Source of the DNA: Dimargaris cristalligena | Lineage: Eukaryota | Direction of reading: 5' to 3' | DNA length: 40,460 nucleotides | NCBI GenBank assembly: GCA_003614675.1 | Contig: ML002338.1 | Coordinates: 1-40,460 of the forward strand | Shown: positions 1 to 13,616 of the stretch, in pieces | Layout of the letters: each line of letters begins with the position of its first letter | Numbering within the stretch: position 1 is the first letter of the stretch | Program-made: the position numbers and the translations under genes | Notes under the pieces: generated by a model | Database searches by the model: none | What the model was told of the DNA's origin: nothing | What the model saw: the letters and a program-made list of their open reading frames with translations, nothing else

Positions 1-87
1 ATAAAAGGATATAGTAATGGGAACTGATTAATAAAGAAATACTGCGGTTAACTAATTAGTCTCAGGTCCTACCACAACATGTAAGTG

Positions 88-161
88 GCTTCTGTGGCGC
101 AATTGGCTAGCGCGTCTGACTGTTAATCAGGAGGTTGGTGGTTCAAGCCCACCCAGGAGCG
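88..161 (+). tRNA. tRNA-Asn (anticodon GTT), intronless
   Basis: Acceptor stem GCTTCTG(88-94)/CAGGAGC(154-160). D-arm GCGC-AATTGGCTA-GCGC. Anticodon arm TCTGA-CT-GTT-AA-TCAGG with GTT at 122-124. T-loop GGTTCAAGCC. Discriminator G161; no encoded CCA. Confidence 0.96.
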
Positions 162-170
162 ATAGTATTA

Positions 171-175
171 TTTTT
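171..175 (+). terminator. Putative Pol III oligo-T terminator of the tRNA
   Basis: T5 run starting 10 nt after the tRNA 3' end. Confidence 0.6.
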
Positions 176-1989
176 CATTTAATTCCAAAATCAGTCCTCC
201 AATATTGACACTGTTTACTATTTTCTTGATGAAACCTACACATCAAATATTTCAATGTCCTGTAATAGCCAGTAGCTATGCGCATAGTGTGGTTACTTCG
301 CGAAACAATTGCTTTAAATTGTTACGTGTATAGCGATAAGAGGTAATTTATAGATAATAATATTTATGAGCAGGAGAAAAGGAAACCTCCTGGAATCATT
401 AGATGGAGCAGAGGTACTAGTGTATAGTAAAAACGGTATCCCCAGGATGTTACCGTTGGGGATATTGGCTTATTCATCACAATACCGAAAAGGAATGGTT
501 TGTACTTTACAAAATTATAAAATCGTAAGCAACTTGAGTACCTAAATGTTGGCTGAATTTATTTTTCACTATTCAAGGAGCCGGCAAATCTCTTTGTACG
601 TCAAATAGTATATTTTACTGCTTCTCTGGTGTACATTTAGCTGTTATGGTCGTAACCCGACCCTACAGAAAGAATCTTTTGCCCACCAAATGGGAGCTAC
701 AACCAAAATTGATGGATGTTCGAGTACGACCAGACGGGCGACTTTTTCATCCCTACCAAGCCATTCGCTTCTCCAAAGGTTTCGAACCCGAAGGGTTCGG
801 CCGATATGGAGCGGATCCAGCTATTAACCTATACTTTGCAAAAGTCCAGTACCCCGCATTCGTTTGTGCGAGTAAACCCCTCGTTACCTTGTTCATTTGA
901 GCTCGCCCAGAGGGCCACTCGTAGACTAGGTATAAATTTTATAAAATGATTTTCTCTGATGGGCACCAACTCTCTGATTAATATTGTCACGTTTTTTATT
1001 TTGACTAGATATATCAGCTTAAACGATTATGCCCTATACTTTCCATGCACCGTCTAACTCGGTTGCCGGAGCATCCCCCTCCCCTCCATCCCCCGACGGC
1101 CCTACAATTGCAGTGCCCCCCCCCGTCGAAACTTGCGTCATCCCAACCCGGGACCATATATTACTACTACGTTTTACTGCTGGGTTTTGCTGATTCAATT
1201 TTTGGTACATAGAATCAATTTCCACCATATATCAAATCCGGCTCTATAACTTTAACAATCCTTCCCGTTTGTACATATTTTTTCGATGAAGCCTGGGTTA
1301 TTGAAGGCTTACCTGATGTATCTTCTAGATTCACCGTGTGGTTTATCAGATTCTATACCTAATTGCATTGGAACAGGATGCTTTATTATACAGGAGGGGG
1401 AACCCACTAACATATCCAAAGTGAATTCAACAAGCCGAGATGTTAGATTGTTCCGGGCAACTGGGTTGAATTTTCTTCAATCGCGATTTCAAGGCGCAAT
1501 AACAAATAGGGTGTGCAATCAATCAGGGTCACGTTAGATGTAAGGACTCAGCAACCGCAATACAAAGGTGAAGCGGAAAGTCACAAATGCAAGCAATGTG
1601 TGCGAAGAGTATTTCAACGTATTTATGGATTGCAGTTAATATTGAGCACTCTGGTACTTATAGGATTGACTGCTATGTACCTCTCTATACTGATGTCGTA
1701 AAACAATTTGAGACTAAAGGAAAGTTATACGTAGTTTAGACAAATAGCAGAAAGGGTGCAGAGGGATCGTATAATCGGGCTTCATGGGATGGTGTAGCAG
1801 TCGAAAATCGATGTGATTTAAAGCAATTTACAGGGCTAATAGTGGGATGGTTGCCCAGGATAAGTAAGACAATACACGGAGTAGAAAAAAAAATGAATAA
1901 AAAAAGGGAATTTCGAAGTATGCCATTTCGAGTGCCAATCATATACCCAAGGGGTTGGCACCCCCCCCCCCCCCCCCATCGGTCCCTAC

Positions 1990-3654
1990 TTACAATCGAT
2001 GGCCGAAAGAGTCGGGGGAAGCCGAGGGTGACTGCGAAACACAGTGGGACATACCCTCCTGGGGGCCGGATGTTGGGGTAGTACCGGTAGCTTGAGACAC
2101 CAGGAAGGGGAATCCGGGGGATTGGGGAAAGTAGGGGGCGTACATGGCCGGAGAGACCAAGCCCGTCGGAATCATCGGTGACACCGGTGGTGCGGAGCTC
2201 ATACCGGCGGTAATCAGGCTGGCTGTGAGAGGTGGTGGATGTCCACCATGGTGAGTGGCAGCAGATGACATGCCGGTGCCTTCACTGCCTGCTCCCCCCA
2301 CGCCCATTAGGGTGGAATGCCCACTGCTGCTGCTGTTACAGCCGTGGTTATTGCTCGTGACGGCCGTGTTGCTCAGGGAAAACCCGGGGCTGATGGGCGA
2401 GGGGTACATGCGGCGGAACTGATTCAGTTCCTCCGTGCAGGCCTTAAGTTGCTGGTGAATCTGGAGTAGTTGGCGGTGCAGCATGGTGTTCTGGTTTTGG
2501 AGATCGGTAATATACTGCGACCGTTTTTCCCGACTCCGTCGGGCCGCCAATCGGTTCCGTTCCCGGCGCCGGCTGAGCCGACGGTTGGAGACGCTCTCGT
2601 ACTGATCCGGCGGGGGCACGGAATTTCCCTCACCGTAGTAGGACAGGTTGTCGTGGAGGTTCATATCGACCCCGGCGCTGAGGGGAATGCCATTCACCAT
2701 CCCGGAGGGTCCCCCTAGATTACCCCCATTCATATGGGCCAGGGAGCCGGACGCGGCAGCGGAGCAGGGGGTGTGACCCAGGGATGTGGGCATCAGTCCC
2801 GCCGAGAAACCAAAACTGTCATCCGTAGGCGATAATGAGGCGGGTCCGTTTAGGTAAGGATGAAAATGTTTGTTACCGGCCGATACCATCATGTCCATCG
2901 GTGCCCCATCGCAGGGTGTGGGCGGGGCCGAAAAGGATGAGGCGAAAGTCGAATAGCCCAAGAAAGGGCTGGCCATGGCGGGAGAATAAAGGGCCAGCAT
3001 ATGGGGATTGTGGTGCATGTGGGGGTGAGGGGATGGGTAGATGCCCTGCGGTTGTTCCTGCGCGGTCATCAGAGTTGGGGTGCACAAAGGGGCAATCTTC
3101 TTGGACCCATTCGTGCTCATACGACGTTGGTAAATCGAAAGTTGAGGTGGGTGCATGCTATTTGCCAGGAGGGCCGATGGTACGGATCGGGGCAGTGATG
3201 AGTCCGACACTGCCTCTCCGTCCGAGTCGGACTTGTTAAAGTTGGCTAATCCAACTACAACGGAGTTGTTGGTTGGGGGGGCACCTCGAGTCCCGGTGAA
3301 TGGCGAGCAGGTACGAGGGGATTGCAAGGAGGGGACTGGGGAGCCACTGCTCCCTTGCACCACGGCGTTTAGCAGGGCCCAAGTGCGCTGGTCCACTCCC
3401 CCCTGCGACAGCGAAGCGGTATTTAAATTGCCCATCATGGTGGAGTTGGCGAGAGGAGAGGTCTCGGACGCAGTTCCACTGGATGAGGCCCGGGTAGCGT
3501 GTATACCAGAGCCACCGTGAGGGAAATATGGGGACATTTGGCCGGACATGGCGGCTGACGATGAGTGCTGGGTGAGTTGGGAGGCCACCATGGTGCCGGT
3601 GACGTTACCCGGCCCAGATGCCTGTGACATAGTATACGACATTGGTGATTGCAT
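1990..3654 (-). CDS. bZIP transcription factor (554 aa; N-terminus uncertain)
   Basis: Basic region RRRERNRLAARRSREKR followed by a heptad zipper (L-QNQNTM-L-HRQLLQ-I-HQQLKA-C-TEELNQ-F) within S/P/G/M-rich disordered sequence. A minus-strand GTAAGT near 3697 and a CAG near 3622 could be an intron that removes the first ATG. Confidence 0.88.
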   Translation of the reverse strand: MQSPMSYTMSQASGPGNVTGTMVASQLTQHSSSAAMSGQMSPYFPHGGSGIHATRASSSGTASETSPLANSTMMGNLNTASLSQGGVDQRTWALLNAVVQGSSGSPVPSLQSPRTCSPFTGTRGAPPTNNSVVVGLANFNKSDSDGEAVSDSSLPRSVPSALLANSMHPPQLSIYQRRMSTNGSKKIAPLCTPTLMTAQEQPQGIYPSPHPHMHHNPHMLALYSPAMASPFLGYSTFASSFSAPPTPCDGAPMDMMVSAGNKHFHPYLNGPASLSPTDDSFGFSAGLMPTSLGHTPCSAAASGSLAHMNGGNLGGPSGMVNGIPLSAGVDMNLHDNLSYYGEGNSVPPPDQYESVSNRRLSRRRERNRLAARRSREKRSQYITDLQNQNTMLHRQLLQIHQQLKACTEELNQFRRMYPSPISPGFSLSNTAVTSNNHGCNSSSSGHSTLMGVGGAGSEGTGMSSAATHHGGHPPPLTASLITAGMSSAPPVSPMIPTGLVSPAMYAPYFPQSPGFPFLVSQATGTTPTSGPQEGMSHCVSQSPSASPDSFGHRL

Positions 3655-6600
3655 AGTGGGGAACCAACCAAAAAAAGAATATCCACCAGAAAACTTACAA
3701 AGTAGAGCGAAGTCAAAGAGCTCTGTAAAGGGGTATACGAAAGCGGACTCTATGTATCCCGGGATCAGAATAAGCGCAGGTTGTAAAAAGTGCCAATGAT
3801 GGCGTGGAAAGAAACTAAGGTTCTGATTGGCAAACTATTATCAACCAAGTGGAGAAGAGCCACCAAAGAGCGGTTTGGCGGCAAAACTTCCGATGTATGA
3901 AAAAACGGAGCCAAATCGACTGTATGGGTGTGATTACGTGATTTCAGTAAGAATAAAAATGACTATAGCAGAAGCTGGGAGCGTAGTGTAGGGTGTGAAT
4001 TTAACTACCGGGCGCAGTGTGCTTCACATAGAACATCCACAAAGCTACGGGAACAATGGCAAGGAAATGCGGATTATGTACTTTAAACAGGTGTGCAACT
4101 ATGTTGCGGCACATGCAATAAACAAGGCAATTCAAATAGAAGCGGGGAATGGACAGGTTCTCCAGGCAGCTGGACCCTAGGTCGACTGAGAAGTTGGGCT
4201 GAAGGCTACTGTCACCAATCCGGTATATTTATAAATATCATAAAAAGCACAGGGATAGAATAGAGGAAGTTAATATATTTAGACAATGCCGGGCCATCGT
4301 AAATGAAAAATAAAAAGGAGATGATAGTAAAATACTTGTAATTTCGTAAGGAAAATGGCTTATATCTGCTGGGCAAATCCAACCGCGTCACAGGGCTGCT
4401 ATTTGCCCAATGATCCCCCTATAACCTTGGAAGGGGGACACTACAGCCATTTTTAAGTGGGAACTCATCGCCAATACTTAGAGACGGCTTTTGAAGACCA
4501 TGTCCCCAAACGACGCCGGAAAAGAAGTCGTGCATGCATTGCCCCCCCCCAAAAAAAAATCATCCAGGCGAGCATATGAAACCCATGGAACGCGTACTAT
4601 ATAAAATAGACTATAGCCAGGCGGGAAAGCGACATACCTAGTAATTGCGATTGGCTCATGGACGAGTCGATCGGAGCAATGTATATAGTGAAGGGCGCGA
4701 GTACCGGAATTAGGCTGAAGTCGGAGAGTGGGAAGACCCAGAAGATAAAGTGCCGATGTACAATGTCTGGAGGAGAGCGCAGTGGGTCTAGGCTAAGTGA
4801 GCGGGGGGTAAGTGATGTGCAAAAATATCGATAGCAGGAAGTGGTTAGATTTTTTTTGAACTTTCACTTGTAAAACAACTAGATATCAACGACAGTGACT
4901 AAACCAACCTCCAAAAACAGAGCAGTATCCCTTTACACTGAATATCAAGAGATGAATACGAAGCGGTAGCGGTCGAATAGTGGCAATAAAGAAAAGTATC
5001 AAATAGAACACTGAAACGAGATAATAAACAACTGGGCGGATCCACTAGACAAACAGGTGGGATAAACGAATACTAAATGGCCAGAAGTATGGGGATATCA
5101 CTACGCTAAAGGCTGATTAAATAGAGTACAATGGGAACACCTAGGACTGCTTAAACGATTACGGATAGGCTTCAAAGCCAATGGTATAGGCAATTAATCA
5201 CAACTTGGAGTCCCCGTTTGATCGGTGATGAAACCCAATGCTAGAATACAAGGCCCCAAAAACTATTCAAACCGGGAAAGCAGTGCAATAGAAAATAATA
5301 ATAATAATAAAAAATCCTATCAGACAGCGAAGACTATATTGTAATAATAGTGGAAGGAGTGATCATTATAAAGAAGAGAAATTGTAGGTGAGAAGAGGGG
5401 GGCGTAGGGCCCGGCAGCGGAATAAAAACGGTACCTTCGACCGACGGACGGGGCAGTAGGGTTGATGCGAAGGGAAGACCAAATCAAGGGGAGCGCAACC
5501 TACAAGGTGGCGCAAGTCACGGTTAATCAATGTCGCGATCCGCTCAGAAAGAGGGGGTAAGAGGAGTGGAGTACGGAGGGTTAGATGTGCGCGGTTGCTA
5601 TTCAAGTGCGTTTATGTGGCTATATGTGAAAGGGAGTACGCTCGCGAGTGAATACAGTCCAAGGTACCGCAGATATTGCGGGAATGGGGCGGACCGGGTC
5701 AAGTGCAGTAGGTGGGTAAGTAAAGTAGGTTGTAACAAAGAGAAGGGGGAGAGTCTGATGCTGTCAAAGAGGCTCAGTTGCAGCAATTCAGCTAAGGCCC
5801 ACCAAATATTCGACTGAATTGTATAAACCCAAAATCAAACTACAAGGGAAGCGCGGAACGGAAATAAGAAGGTAGTAGAACGATGTGGCTCGCGTAAGGA
5901 CGACGGAAAAAATTTAAGGAAAACCTGTAAGACGGAATGAATAATCAGGAAGTACTGACCATGTGGGCGGCCGGGGAGGTGGGATTATATACTGGTCCAC
6001 AAGTTGCGCCGTAATCCACGGATTCGCAACACGCCAAGCACACTGGGATTGCTTCCCTCCCCTCCCACCCTACTCCGCCCTCCCACCCTTACACCCCACT
6101 GTACCCATTATACCAACCTGAACCGCCTGCAGCCCAATGGCTAATTAACAGTCCGTTCCCTCTCCCCCGCTTAGTTTAGCGATACCACGGGGAGTGAGGA
6201 ACAAAGGCGCAAGAGAAGGAGAGAGAGAGGGGGGTAAAGTAGGACTGAGAGCCAGACCAGCCACAGTGGAGGAGCCGAACCTCGGTCCAAACGGTGGTTT
6301 CTGGCTGCTGCAGTTTAAACGGTTCCTTACTTTGTGCTAACCCGCCATGCCACAGGAAATAAGGCCAGTCGTCAAACTAAAATTACTCATCCGCCCACCC
6401 ACACATATACGATAAGTTTGGGAAGGATCGCCAAGGTCAGGCCGGTCTTCTTCAACTTGTCCCCCCGCCCCACCACATTACACCCTCCTCCCCCCGTTAG
6501 ATTCCCTTTAATTACACGGCCACTGCTAGTACATCGCTGCATATTCCACTTCGCGATTATCCTTTTCATGGCTGTCTCCTCGATTACATTGAGCGCAACA

Positions 6601-8107
6601 GCACAACGGCATTTAGTGGTATACTTTCATGCAGCCCGCCATTAGCCGAATCGTCCAGTAGTGATAATGGCTGACACTTGGTGAAAAGGAGAGTGAGTCG
6701 ATGTGCGAAGCTGGTAAAGAAAGGGAGGGGAGAGATGTAGCCATGCAACCTACCATAGCCTCCCCTTCCTTCCCACAGTAGCTAGGATGTATTTGGCTTG
6801 CCCACCCAGTCCCTCCTTCCCCCCCTCCCCTTCCCCCTTCCCCGGCACACCCTGTGCACACCCTGACGGAAGGTCCAGGAACTCTTAGTTAGGTGTTAAA
6901 TCCCAAAGGCTATTTACCCAATGATAACCGTCTACTGTGGGGTTCCTATGATGTAGTTGCCTCCTATCTACTGAATCACAGCGAAGGGAGAGTGGAGTAG
7001 AAGGATGTCGAGTATCATTTTCCGCACCACTTCCCTTTCAGAGTGGGGGTAGCCTCTTCCCGCGCCCCACAATTCCACTCCTTCCACCAGCCGCCCAACT
7101 GGCTTCTTATGGGAATAGGTATGGTTATTTGTTTCACCCAAGTCTTCCCCCCATCCCGCGCTAGTAGCAGGGATTATTAATGGTATCGCTAGGACGAGCC
7201 CAATCCCCGCTTAAGCTTTTAAGGTTTATCTCCCAAAGAAACCGTATATTTTAAAGTTCACGAAGCTGATTCGGACTGGGTTCCTGGGTCACTTGGGGAT
7301 TCTGGCTTCCGCATTAGGCACTCGCCAAGGGTGTGTTATTTTTATAAAATTAATGTGGGCGTAGATTGGTATTTGGAAGTTATTTCGGGGGCAACGGGTG
7401 GATTAAAGAGATCTTGCCATGCCCCACTGGCTAAAATCAGCGAGGTGGTATGGAACTTAGCCCCCCACCTAATGTTGTTTTGTAAATGTCCGATCGGAAG
7501 TCGCCCAATTAGAAATGGCCTTTTAATTGGGGGCTGTTTTGCTATTTACGTCACTGCTGTGTATTTTTCTTATTAAAGCCTGGCTCGGCCACCACTAACA
7601 GACTCCAGTGACCGCCACTATAAACGAAAATGGAAAGTACTTAGGGGACAGAGCGACCCCGGCGTCTTCTGGTAAATATGGGTGCAGTCTCCCTCATGTG
7701 CTCGACCGGTTTCCCACTTCTTCACCGCATCCTACTGTTATGGTTATAACAATCCCTCCTTCCCTCCCCCGCGTGGCTCGGTGCCTTCCATCCAAACATT
7801 CCACAGACGATACGATTCCCACTTCGAGTCAGCCACGTTGTTCGGCATTATTTACGGACAATCCCTCTTGTCCCATCCCTTGGACAAACAGTGTTCAGTG
7901 GTGGTGCCCAGCTAGCGCGGATCTTTGGACCAACCCCAGTTCCGCATGGCAAGTGTGTGAACAAGGGATTAGGGGTGGGATGGGAGAGGAGGTGCAGACC
8001 AATAGCCGAATTCCATTGGGGGTGGTGGTACCTATTGTTGTGCCTGTTGCTGTTGGCAACTGAATAATAGATGGTGGGCTTGCCACCGTTTTATTTTGAA
8101 TTTCAAG

Positions 8108-8148
8108 ACCACCCCGGGTACACCATGAAATGGTGTACCTGGGGTGGT
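8108..8148. repeat. 19-bp inverted repeat with 3-nt loop
   Basis: ACCACCCCGGGTACACCAT-GAA-ATGGTGTACCTGGGGTGGT, with a single G.T mismatch. Confidence 0.9.
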
Positions 8149-11100
8149 TTATGCAACTGGAGAGTGCACAGCATCATAATAGGAGTCCAACGTGGTCGAT
8201 AGGGTAGGCAGAAGAGACACTAACAGTGTCATCACTTTGGAACATAAATATGGTGCGATTGCCCAATGTGAGCAGGCGTGGCTTAACGATGTACACTCCA
8301 TTTCCGTTGCATTTCCAACCATGGCTGGGAGGTGTTCGTCATGCTGGGTAAAATAGCAAAAGATTAAACCATCAGTACTTTTCCCTCTCTATAGCAACGA
8401 ATAACCAGCCTTTGGTAATTAATGTGAATGAGGCTCTTCGCTTGGAAGGGTTCGCGCAAAAAGCCGTGTTGCATAGGAAGAGGATTGCTGATTTAGAGTG
8501 GTTTACATTCCCATTTTAAGACATGCCCACCCTCCATTGTTGCAATTTCCGCTGCTCCTGGGCTAAACCGGCCGTCGAGCCAATACGGCCCAGTGGTTAA
8601 TTTTAAATTTAGGCCTCGTATTTTGCATGATATTCCGTATATTTCCTCCGTCTCTCGAAAAAAAAATGCACCGGTGACCTGCCCCTTCCTTGGCACCCCA
8701 GCTTGGGACTGATTGAACCGTCGGACATCATCTGTATACGAAATGGATTATTTACATAGATGTACACCGCCACCAACACAGACTCACTAGCTTATACACC
8801 GGGGCCTATCCCGACTAAATGAACAGTTCATCTAGCAATTCAGCACCCGGGCCCTTTAGTTCTGAGTTAACACATACCAGAAAATTCACCCGACTCGACC
8901 CCGCTCTCTGGCGATATTATTTACTCTAAAATGTATTCATTAACCAGAGGCTCAAGTTAAAGTAAATCGATATAGCCCGGTCCAACCGTTCACAGGAAAT
9001 AGGGACGGCTAAAGGCAGGCAAATAAAGTGTGCGACATATCCTCTTCGCCCAACAAGTTATATAAGTTATGTAATAGAAGTAACAAGGGTAGCTTATGTC
9101 TACTGGTCACGGGTAGTTGGGCGTCTTTTCGAGTCTTCTATTTTAGAACTCCGCCGGTTCACTTCGCTGTTCGTCCGAGACCCCTGTTGTTCGGGGTACC
9201 CCCGCACTTTCTGGCCCTTGTCTGATCATCACTGCGGGGTTGGGTTATCCACGCGCAGCTGTATGACCAAATCGACTGGTCGGCTGGCAATGACTGGGAT
9301 ACCAAGCAGACTACAGGTAAACGCTGAGTGGCTACGCTGGAGGCACTTCTAGCGGATCAATCCAGGGAATAAACACATTTGCATGGTACATGACTATCAG
9401 ATAGCTGTTCTTTTTGCGCGGAGCTGGAACGGCAGTGGTGACCTCTATTTATCTCACACATCTACCCCTTCTTCATTTAATAGAGCAGGTATTATTCTAG
9501 TGACTAAGTCACCCATCCAAGCACAGCTGCATGATTGGTATTATCTCGTGCAATCAGACTGTTAAATGTCCGTTGGTAGTCATGAATTCAAAAAGAAAAT
9601 ATCGCGCTTGGCAAGATATCCGCTTCCGCCTAAATGACAACGCCCGATCGACTATCAGAGATATTTATATTAACATGTGCAACCATTCACCATCGAAAAG
9701 GTGACCCCACCACACACGTCATCCTCTTTTTTTGCCGTTGGTTAGTTTAAAACGAAGCTCCGGCAGCCGAGTACCCCGCGTACATCTGTTTCGATGATGG
9801 GTACAGAGTGGGGTGGGTGCACTCCGTATTACAATCATCACCAAGTACCCGTGAGCGCCATTTCCCTTGATTCATAGGGATGTCGGCGATGCTGTCCGGC
9901 GGTTATTTTGGTAGGGCCATTAGCGTATAAAGTAGTTAACCTGGCAAGACGGGGGTAGCTTAGCTAAAAAAAAACAGTCTACCGCACGGTCGTAAATACA
10001 CCAAGCTGGAGGGCACACACCTTTACCCCCTTCCCCCCCATTTCTCCTTCTAATAAAACCAAAAATGGGAAATGAAGCCTTAAAGAGCTAATCGGCCCAT
10101 TATCAACCGGAAGTAATCCACTGTCGATTATATAATTTCACTTTTTTCGCAACCTTAAATTATACAGTACAACATCCTATGTTCAATACGAGCAAGAGGT
10201 CTAAAAACAGGGGTATGGGTTTCCAGTTTCCTTCCAGCAACTACCCAGCTGTGTACCACATCTCTACTACTTCAATCAATTGTCGGATTTTGATCTCCTG
10301 CAGTCAGAGCTCCTGCTTTGGGCACTAGAGAGCCTGTTTTTTCAAGTTATGTATGGGGAGGGGTGTATTAAAATCGACCTAGTAGCCAGCCCCCTCGTCC
10401 TATATTCCCCGATTAGGGCAAGTCAATGGAATTAAACCATCGAGTTCATTCCCCCTCGCCCTTTCATCTGCTTCCTAGCACAAAAGCCGTTCCCAAGAAA
10501 CTCAGTCATTCATTTACCAGGGGGGCAGCAGTAAACCCCAGCATTTCTTGCTTTTTTCAAGTCGTGTTTCTTTAACTTGCCCCCGCCACCTTTATCCGTG
10601 CATCCTCTGCTTCTCTATTTTCCCTCTCTCTCTCTCTCCTTAACACAGCCTACCCCTCGCCCCTTGAATTTCAAACCCTATTCCCGCGTTTCGCCAGTCC
10701 TCCCCTCCACCACCTCTCCTTTCCTTGGTTTCAGGGAATAGTGTAAGTGACTAATGCAAGGCATCTATTCAAGCCGGCAAGTGTTGGACTTCCAAGTCCG
10801 GATTTTCGTATCACCTCAATTGGTATTGATCATCGCTGGAACTAGTCGGCCCAATGTCCCCAATTGCCAAAAGGAATCATCGACTGTCTAGCGAGATAAT
10901 GGGCACTGATTGCCTCATTAATTAAAGCGGGATATCTGATCGGTTGATACTCCTCTCCACATAATATGCAGCGCGAAATTGACCAAACAGAGTCCATTCC
11001 AGACAGGTTTGGTGGGTGTAACTAGTCCTTGAAATTCGAAAAGCTAACCATTACGAGCAACTTCCCAGCGGGGAAAGAGAGAGAAAAAAAGAGGTGACTT

Positions 11101-12859
11101 AGTGGAGGGTGGGTATATGACTAATATTACCATGGTTGTCTGGGACTGTTGCTTAAACGAATATAACGGCGGTATTGGCCGTTTTGCCCAAATGCGCGTT
11201 TATGAGAAACTTATGGGTATCATGGCAATGGTTGGGGTGCGAGCCAGCACCGCATGTACGAGCTGGGACTCTAGCCAAAGTATTGTAATCCGGTATTAGT
11301 ATGCCGGGTAAATTGGGGCGTGAAGTAATATTCACTGGCTATATAGCCTATCTTCAGTTGCCTCAAGGGAGGGGGATGTCGTGTTAATAGAGATTAACTA
11401 AGGACCAGTTCGCAACCCTCCTCCTTACCTCATGCTTTTCAGTCTTTTAAGCAAACAATTATGCAGGAGTGGGAATTCGCCACTGACTTGTCGGAGACTT
11501 GTATTTAAGTCTCAGATTCAGGCCAGCGGCTTTGGAATCCCTCCACCCCTCCCCCCCCAAAAAAAAATCCACAAAACCAAAACCCAAACTGCCATTTGGC
11601 CACAGCGTTCTATAACTAATAGAGGGCCGTGAAAAGTTTTGCTCCAAGGGTTTCTTCCCAATAAATGTTTAAAGTGAATAGTGTAAGAATAGAGGCGCCG
11701 TAACTACTTGAAGGATATTGATCAAGGAGTTCGGGGAACGCAAGGAAGTCAGCTCGGCTTTTTGGGGACTAATATTTACGGAATTTTGATTATCCACCAA
11801 CGTCCATTTTATCACGTCGTGGCTTTTGAAAATTAATGGGGGTGTGGGGTAGGTGACTACAAACACCGCTGCCACATGGTAGTTCCGTAGGCATTCGTGA
11901 AGCGTATTTACTGGCAGAGTGGAGTAAAGGAGCTGGGACACAGGGATACATTCAGTGTCCGGCAGTGTTTCCCATGGCCATGGACTCGATCAGGTTTGTT
12001 TACATACTCCGGTTCCCATGAAGATACAATGGTCAGGTAGGTGGAAATGTTTCCACATTGGCTCGGAGTTTGATAAGTACCACCCTTCCACCATCATGAT
12101 CGTCAAAGTTTACGAACTCTTTATGAAAAAACAAACCCACGTGTATATGGCGCATGTAACGTTTGATCGGAACCGGCCAAACCAGGCCTTGATTGTTTTC
12201 TCCTCCAACCCTACAGCACGAGAAACGAGCCTACTATAATATATTGTCAGTATTTACCGTGTTATTGATATCGGTTGATATAAGGACCGAGTGACCTGAC
12301 CAACTCAGGAGTTCGCCGATCACATTGTTATTTATTAATGGCACGGTGGGCCCCGATGGCCAATCAAGCGGGCCTAGGCCAACCCGTCCATTAGACAGGA
12401 AGTTAGCCCCCCCACATCCTCCACATTACTATCTAGTCCGGATTGTTAGAATCCCGTATACATGGGTCGATGACGGAGTGAATTCATAATTGGGGATCAT
12501 ATCCTTATTGGAGGGGCACACCCAAGCTGGGTGGCAATTAGACCTGATATGCTGGCAGTCCAAAATGGGGTCAGTGTTGATGGAATGTCTGTTGGACAAC
12601 ATGTGTAATATTCAAAAAAAGAAGGATAGTTCAATAGAACACATTATCTTAAAAAAATGGCTATCCAAGTATATAGTCATTTCAACCCTTTTTCCACTCA
12701 AGGTCTATAAATTAGAAAATGGAGACAAAAGTTCCCAAAAAGCCCGCAGCAACTATCCCACTTACCATTCCCCACTGGCGAATGTCTTTACAAGAATTCA
12801 CAGTAAAAGCCGACGGGTAGACAAACTCCATCACTTGCGCTTTCTATAAACTCAGCTGG

Positions 12860-13616
12860 CATTCCGAACCCTCCGAGGTATACCAGCAGATGGACGGAAA
12901 ATAGCAGAGAGAATAGGTACACATAGGGGAAAAAACCCGGACCCTACAGCTCAACATATTTCAATGGGCCCCAGCCTTTGAGATGGATGTTAAAAAGCCA
13001 GGTCAATGGCCCAGTTCAACGGTTGCAAGTGGAGTAACAGATAGGTAGGTGACTTATGGTACTATGTAGGTGCCCCATGATCATCCCCTCTTTTCGTTTG
13101 CCATCTAGCCAATGTACTGCCTTTACAATGAAGCAATGCCCACCGTACATGGTTCCATGGAAAGATGGACCCTGATTATAATCCACCCTCATCATCAGAC
13201 AATGCACGACCAATGATGGAGTCCAATACTCATACTGCCATTTTCAAGCATGTCTTGGGCTATCCTGCACAGCTGCTGGAAAGCTCAAATATTTCCTTGG
13301 CGTGACTTTGTTGCTTTTGATTTGAAGCCAGCAACCATGGTATTAATCCATACATCCAATACCAAGGTCTGCAAACCTGCCTAAAGAAAATGGACAGGGT
13401 CTACAGCCTAAGGTTGGGGGTGCAATTGAACAGCCAAATGGACTGCACATTGTTTTTCACATTGAATATATAAATGTCCCTCTTACTTCATGGCTATTGA
13501 GTGTTTCCATATTATTTTTTATTACTGCCTTTTATTATGGGCTTGCTATTTTCCCAATTCTTTTACTCAATTTGTTGCCCCCAATTGGCCACCTTGTCTA
13601 CTGTCTTTTTGGATAT
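12860..13616 (+). repeat. Decayed duplicate of the upstream region of the gene at 17423 (homologous to about 16600-17360)
   Basis: Colinear matches, e.g. GGGGGTGCAATTGAACAGCCAAATG vs GGGGGTGCAATTGAACGGCCAAATG, ACATCCAATA in both, and CCAATTGGCC..CTGTCTTTTTGGATA in both. Left boundary is approximate. Confidence 0.8.

Noticed and set aside
366-949. Short plus-strand ORFs (646-900, 716-949) with a possible GTAAGC...TAG intron at about 525-640
   Set aside because: Splicing gives in-frame stops or unrecognisable peptides. It may be a gene relic, but I cannot support a call.
2200-2420. HAC1/XBP1-type Ire1 intron downstream of the bZIP domain
   Set aside because: CAGCAG runs simply encode poly-Ser, and I found no paired stem-loops with the Ire1 consensus.
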